Source: Treponema sp.
GTDB lineage: Bacteria > Spirochaetota > Spirochaetia > Treponematales > Treponemataceae
Direction: 5' to 3'
DNA length: 61,687 bases
Assembly: GCA_024402615.1 (NCBI GenBank)
Contig: JAKSTK010000001.1
Span: 1 to 61,687, forward strand
Below, in pieces: positions 57,075 to 61,687 of the stretch (positions within the stretch are counted from its first letter, which is position 1; each line of letters starts with the position of its first letter). The translations under genes were made by a program, and so were the position numbers. Below the pieces are notes generated by a model. The model saw only the letters and a list, made by a program, of their open reading frames with translations, was not told the origin of the DNA and did not search any database.

Positions 57075-57836
57075 ATGGCATCAACAGAAAATAAAAAAGA
57101 ATGGTTTGAATCTGAAGACTTCTGGACAAATTATGGTCCTATTATTTTTGATGATGCTCACTGGAAGGAAGCCCCTGCAGTTGCAGATTTTGTAATTGAA
57201 TTAGCAGATTTAAAACCTGGCAGTACAGTTTTAGACTGCGGCTGCGGAGTTGGCAGAATTTCCGTTGAATTAGCTGCTGCCGGCATGCAGGTTACCGGAA
57301 TTGATATAATCCAGAACGAACTGGACTGTGCAAAACAATCAGCAGAAGATGAAGGTGTTGAACTGGAGCTTATTAAAGCCGATTTACGAACCTTCACTAC
57401 TCCAAAGAAATACGACTGTTCTATAAATCTTTACACTTCTTTTGGTTACTGTGACACCGTTGAAGAAGATATGGAAATCCTCAAAAACATGACAGCTCCC
57501 GTAAAAGAAGGCGGAACCTTTATTCTGGAATGTGTAAGCCGGGAAACTGCCATTATAAATTTTACGGAAGGTGAATGGTTTGAACGGGCCGGCTGGACAG
57601 TACTTACAGAATTTGAACCAGTTGGTGCCTGGGAAGGACTCCGCTCAAAGTGGATTTTGCTGGGGAAAGACGGTACAAGAATTGAACATGAATTTATTCA
57701 ACGGTTATATACTGCTGTAGATCTTAAAAATGAACTTCTTAAGCTTGGTTTTAAAACTGTAGAAGTTTGCAGCGATTTTGATCATTCTCCCTACGACCAG
57801 AATTCCAGAATCATGGTTTTAATTGCAAAAAAATAA
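57075..57836 (+). CDS. Class I SAM-dependent methyltransferase
   Basis: VLDCGCGVGR, VTGID, ADLR, TSFGY. Confidence 0.92.
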   Translation: MASTENKKEWFESEDFWTNYGPIIFDDAHWKEAPAVADFVIELADLKPGSTVLDCGCGVGRISVELAAAGMQVTGIDIIQNELDCAKQSAEDEGVELELIKADLRTFTTPKKYDCSINLYTSFGYCDTVEEDMEILKNMTAPVKEGGTFILECVSRETAIINFTEGEWFERAGWTVLTEFEPVGAWEGLRSKWILLGKDGTRIEHEFIQRLYTAVDLKNELLKLGFKTVEVCSDFDHSPYDQNSRIMVLIAKK

Positions 57837-57857
57837 CCTCACATAAACGGAGGATTT

Positions 57858-58880
57858 ATGAAAATAAAGAAAATCCATTTTACTCTGTCCCTTTTGTATT
57901 TTTTTGTCTGTTTAACCGTCGCATCTCAGCCTGTTCTTACAAAAACTGGCACTTTTGGTTGCGGTAAACAACCAAAACAGGTTTTATTTTCTCCTGATGA
58001 TAAATATGTAGTTATGCCGCTTCTTGATGAAGATGGTTTTGACATTTTTGATGTAGAAAACAAAAAACTTCTTAAACGAATAAATCCCCCTTCCGCAAAA
58101 AAACTTGGTTTTGCAGAAGGTCTTTTTATTCCGGAAAAAAATTCCTTTTTTGTTTCTCAAATGACCACTGCCACAATTTACGAATATTCTTATCCCGGAT
58201 TTGAATTTAAACGGTCTATTTCTACAGAAGGAAACTGGTCAAAATTCATGGTATGGAATTCAAAAAAGCAGATTATTGCTGTTTCTAACTGGGTATCCAA
58301 CGATATTTCAATTATTGATTATGCTACAGGAAAAGTTCTCAGAAAAATTCCTACTGCCGCAGCTCCCCGCGGTTTATGGTTTTTAAAAGATGGAGAAGAA
58401 ATTCTTTCTTTAGGATACGAAGGCGGCAAAATCGAAAAATTTGAAGTTGATACCGGAAAAAAATTAAATACAATCGCCATAAAAAACAGTGCAATGCGCC
58501 ATGTTGTAGTAAATGCAGCAGAAACGAAAGCTTACATTTCAGATATGTATTATCGTTCGGTTTATGAAGTGGATCTGGCGGAATTTAAAATCACAAAACA
58601 GGCTAAGGTTTTCAATAATCCAAACACCGTAGATTTATATCAGGACCGATATCTTTTTGTTTCTTCCAGAGGTCCAAATAATCCGGAAGATTATACAAAG
58701 CGCAGTCCTAAAAACGGAAAAATAACCATCCTTGATACAACAGATTTTTCTATTCTTCAGGAAATTGAAGGCGGAAACCAGCCTACAGGACTTGATGTTT
58801 CAAATAACGGAAAATATCTGTGTTTTTCTAACTTTCAGGATGCTGATATAGAACTTTACAGTCTGACTGAAAAAAAGTAG
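57858..58880 (+). CDS. YncE/YVTN-type beta-propeller protein, secreted
   Basis: VSNW.SNDISIID..TGKV, PRGL, G.QPTGLDVS.NG.YL repeats. Confidence 0.85.
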   Translation: MKIKKIHFTLSLLYFFVCLTVASQPVLTKTGTFGCGKQPKQVLFSPDDKYVVMPLLDEDGFDIFDVENKKLLKRINPPSAKKLGFAEGLFIPEKNSFFVSQMTTATIYEYSYPGFEFKRSISTEGNWSKFMVWNSKKQIIAVSNWVSNDISIIDYATGKVLRKIPTAAAPRGLWFLKDGEEILSLGYEGGKIEKFEVDTGKKLNTIAIKNSAMRHVVVNAAETKAYISDMYYRSVYEVDLAEFKITKQAKVFNNPNTVDLYQDRYLFVSSRGPNNPEDYTKRSPKNGKITILDTTDFSILQEIEGGNQPTGLDVSNNGKYLCFSNFQDADIELYSLTEKK

Positions 58881-58935
58881 ACAAGTAAGTTTTTATAAAG
58901 TAAAATAAATTCAGTTTTTCATAAAGGAGTTAGAA

Positions 58936-59310
58936 ATGAAAAAGATTTTTGCTATTTTAGCAGTTGCATTTATTGCACTCACAAGCGCTTTCGCTATGGA
59001 CTTGTCTGCTATCCAGGGAACTTGGACAGACGAAAACTACAATGCTGACTACACATTCACAGCAGATGGTACAATTACACTTTCTGTTGGATCTGAAGTT
59101 ATCTACACATTCGATGATTCAAACATCAAAGATTTCAAGATTTCTACAGCTGGAACAAATGTAACAATCACATTCCGTTGTGATGAAACACAGCGTTCTT
59201 ATATGTTCGTAAAAGGACTTTCACTCACAACAGATCTTACACTTGATATTGACCGTGACTGGACAGACGAAACATACAACGTAACAATTGTTATGAAAAA
59301 ATTGTTCTAG
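58936..59310 (+). CDS. Small secreted hypothetical protein (beta-rich)
   Basis: Signal peptide AFA|, I.GTW motif, AAGGAG SD, own terminator, TTC/TAC/AAC-rich codons. Confidence 0.85.
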   Translation: MKKIFAILAVAFIALTSAFAMDLSAIQGTWTDENYNADYTFTADGTITLSVGSEVIYTFDDSNIKDFKISTAGTNVTITFRCDETQRSYMFVKGLSLTTDLTLDIDRDWTDETYNVTIVMKKLF

Positions 59311-59325
59311 TCTGAATATCAGATG

Positions 59326-59370
59326 AATAAAAAGCCTGAATTCCAGAAATGGAAATCAGGCTTTTTTATT
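59326..59370. terminator. Bidirectional terminator
   Basis: AAAAAGCCTGA-A-TTCCA-GAAA-TGGAA-A-TCAGGCTTTTT between convergent genes. Confidence 0.85.
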
Positions 59371-59388
59371 TAACGGACATTATAAAAA

Positions 59389-60408
59389 CTACATAAACTG
59401 CAAAACAAAATGAACCATAACAAAACTTAATGGGAAAGAAATAAGAGTCATAAGTGTTGAAATAACACAACTTCTGCTGGCCAGAATTTCTTCTTTCTGA
59501 TATTCCATACATGCAATACTTAAAGTTACACTGATTGGAGCACTAAAACCAATTACAATTGCCATTAAAGAATACTCTGTAAAGTGATAAATCCCTGTTT
59601 TGTGCAATATAAAACATAAGAACAATACAATTACCGGTGCAAGAAAATTTCGCAAAACTGCCAGAAGCCAGGCATAACCATCCTTCAAACACTCAGAAAG
59701 TTTTGCTTCCCCTACACTCATACCAATCAACAGCATACAAAGAGGACCAACCATTGCCGCCAGAGCTTTTACTGTTACGTAAAGAACAGGAAGAGTTTTA
59801 TCAACCCGGAGAACTGGTATTTTATTTTGCAAAAGGAAAACCAGAATTCCCAGCAGCATACCAATCATTACAGGAGTCAAAAATACTTTTTTCAGTTGAG
59901 GCCCTAAAGACTTAAAAGTGATTTTTTCACAACTAATAACAGTATAAGCAACAATATAAACAAAAATTCTAAATACAATCCTGATAGTACTTATATAAAG
60001 CATTACTTCCTGTGCAGAATGTTCATATACAGACTGCAGAATAGGCATACTGAACAAAGTTGTCTGACCAATAGTCATCATGAAACCACTGACAGTAGAA
60101 AAATCTTTTCCTTTTTTTATAAAAAGCAGTTTACCAGCAACAATAAGAACAATATAAAAAACAATTGCCAGAAGAAATTCTGTAAGGCTGGATTTAAAAC
60201 TGTTGTATTCAAAATCCTGCATAAATGCATTAAAAGCAAAGCATGGCACTGCCAGTTTCCAGATCAAAGTTGTAAGAGTTTTCTTTGCCGAAACATCAAT
60301 AATTCCTTTCCGCATAAAAAAGAACCCAAGCGCAATAATAATAATTGTTTGAGTAAAGGCAGAGAGAAAATTTGGATCCGTAAAAACAAGAGAAAAAATA
60401 GACAACAT
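59389..60408 (-). CDS. AEC-family (auxin efflux/malate permease-like) transporter
   Basis: About 10 TMs; L..L...LA.PC..F, PL.ML.IG, ISTL..LIS.P. Confidence 0.85.
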   Translation of the reverse strand: MLSIFSLVFTDPNFLSAFTQTIIIIALGFFFMRKGIIDVSAKKTLTTLIWKLAVPCFAFNAFMQDFEYNSFKSSLTEFLLAIVFYIVLIVAGKLLFIKKGKDFSTVSGFMMTIGQTTLFSMPILQSVYEHSAQEVMLYISTIRIVFRIFVYIVAYTVISCEKITFKSLGPQLKKVFLTPVMIGMLLGILVFLLQNKIPVLRVDKTLPVLYVTVKALAAMVGPLCMLLIGMSVGEAKLSECLKDGYAWLLAVLRNFLAPVIVLFLCFILHKTGIYHFTEYSLMAIVIGFSAPISVTLSIACMEYQKEEILASRSCVISTLMTLISFPLSFVMVHFVLQFM

Positions 60409-60543
60409 AAAAACCTGACTTAACTGAGATGTCGCTTTAGAATATCACAATTGAAAAGTTTTTTTCAGCCTTTGCAATCCCTTTTTTTACTTTAAATAAG
60501 TTTTTGTTATATTATAATTAAAAGCAATCAGCTTAGGATTTTT

Positions 60544-61687
60544 ATGAAGACTTATAATAAAATATTTGTTCATTTGGTGTGTGGTATCTTATTTTTGTGT
60601 ATGACAGGGTTTGCTTCCTGTTCGCATTCTTCTTTGCCCGATGAAAATGAATATCCTTACAGTTTGGGCTGCTGTTTTGAACTTACAGCTCTTCCATCTG
60701 GCAACAACTATGACAATCTTGCTTTTGTACTTAAACTGCCGCCTCAGGAAAACAGTGTTACAAATCTTAAGGTAAACGCATTTAAAGTTTACAAAAATGA
60801 TGCCATCCTTTGGGAGCAGAATGATTTTAATTCAAAAATTGACTATAACATCTGGATAAATGACAGGGGCGTTCAGGAATCAAATTATCAGGTTTTATTT
60901 TATTGCATGCCACAAAATTATGCAGAATCTTTTGACATTGGTGATGAAATAAAAGTGATTTTTGAATGTACTGCCAATCGTATAATAAAAAATTCTGTAG
61001 AAAAATTCTTAATTGATAATTCGGCTGATGTAGGATTATGGAAAGATTTAGGAACTGTAAGACCAGAACTGGAATATCCAAAGTATCAGCCTGAAGCAAT
61101 TCCAGATGAGAAAATCACTTACAACGGTGTTCCATACAAACTTGTTTTTTATGATGATTTTGTCAAAGATTTTTCCAAACTGAATCCTTTAAAAAATGGT
61201 ATGTATGAACAGGCCATGGATATGAATAAGTGGTGGACCGAAGACTGGTGGACTTACGTAAATACAAACAACGGTTTAGAGCATCGAAGTATCCGTGATT
61301 TTAAAATCCATGACGGTGTGGCAGAATTCCCAATGATAAAAAGACAGGCATGTGAAACAGGTGATTGGGCTAATGCCGGTCCAAGTATTATGACTTCAGT
61401 TTGGGATCCAAAAGGTATTAATTCAATACCGATTTATGAGTTTAATAAAGGAATTTTTGAAATCAAGTTTATGGGGCCGGAAGGAAACAATCATCCGGGA
61501 CAGTTTACTTTCTGGGTTTTGAATTATAATACTGATTTTGAGGCTGGAGCGATTCCTACAAATCCTAAAAAAGCTTCTGATGGTTACGCACTGGATGAAA
61601 TTGACTTTTTTGAATATTCACCATCTTTAAATGCTCTAAGAACAGGTGTCAGATCTGCGGTGATCCGACAGCGGCGGGTGGTCACTG
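60544..61687 (+). CDS. Partial lipoprotein with glycoside hydrolase family 16 domain (runs off right edge)
   Basis: Hand translation is open for 381 codons; lipobox FASC; YKLVFYDDF, F.KG.FEIKF, TFWVL and catalytic EIDFFE (about 61597-61614). Not in the ORF track because no stop codon is in the window. Confidence 0.85.
   Translation, partial: MKTYNKIFVHLVCGILFLCMTGFASCSHSSLPDENEYPYSLGCCFELTALPSGNNYDNLAFVLKLPPQENSVTNLKVNAFKVYKNDAILWEQNDFNSKIDYNIWINDRGVQESNYQVLFYCMPQNYAESFDIGDEIKVIFECTANRIIKNSVEKFLIDNSADVGLWKDLGTVRPELEYPKYQPEAIPDEKITYNGVPYKLVFYDDFVKDFSKLNPLKNGMYEQAMDMNKWWTEDWWTYVNTNNGLEHRSIRDFKIHDGVAEFPMIKRQACETGDWANAGPSIMTSVWDPKGINSIPIYEFNKGIFEIKFMGPEGNNHPGQFTFWVLNYNTDFEAGAIPTNPKKASDGYALDEIDFFEYSPSLNALRTGVRSAVIRQRRVVT

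Noticed and set aside
60827-61099. 90-aa minus-strand ORF
   Set aside because: Antisense to the long open GH16 frame.
1-61687. CRISPR array, tRNA/rRNA, IS, integrase, prophage or defence island
   Set aside because: No spaced direct repeats, RNA-gene-like GC blocks or mobile-element enzymes recognised; intergenic gaps are all under about 180 nt.

Overview
AT-rich (roughly 35-37% GC by eye) chromosomal window from a spirochete, most likely a gut or rumen Treponema. This is inferred from the FlcA-like collar protein, fliS-flgN, spirochete-type SecDF, DUF2259 and a second ssb. Most of it is housekeeping: corA, hisC, ffh, gpsA, ndk, ispH, yajC-secD-secF, pcrA/uvrD, rimO, rodZ-like, lolA, ftsH, folA, an ABC-F, mlaEFD and two U32-family genes. 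No rRNA, tRNA, CRISPR array, transposase or integrase was seen. The left end holds a type IV filament operon (secretin, a GspE-type ATPase lacking the zinc motif, GspF, GspG pseudopilin and three small coupled ORFs, two not correctly called in the ORF track). The best lead is an identical 18-bp box (CAAAAAAATGGTCCGAAA, then AATTATA) upstream of both that operon and a stand-alone ssb paralog 6 kb away, suggesting an alternative-sigma regulon for DNA uptake (natural competence). Other signals: an in-frame, about 66% GC palindromic element inside the ABC-F gene; at least eight apparently leaderless genes; several sigma28-like promoters; a candidate anti-Shine-Dalgarno sRNA; and an uncalled GH16 lipoprotein running off the right edge. 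All family assignments are from motif recognition by eye; no database searches were run.
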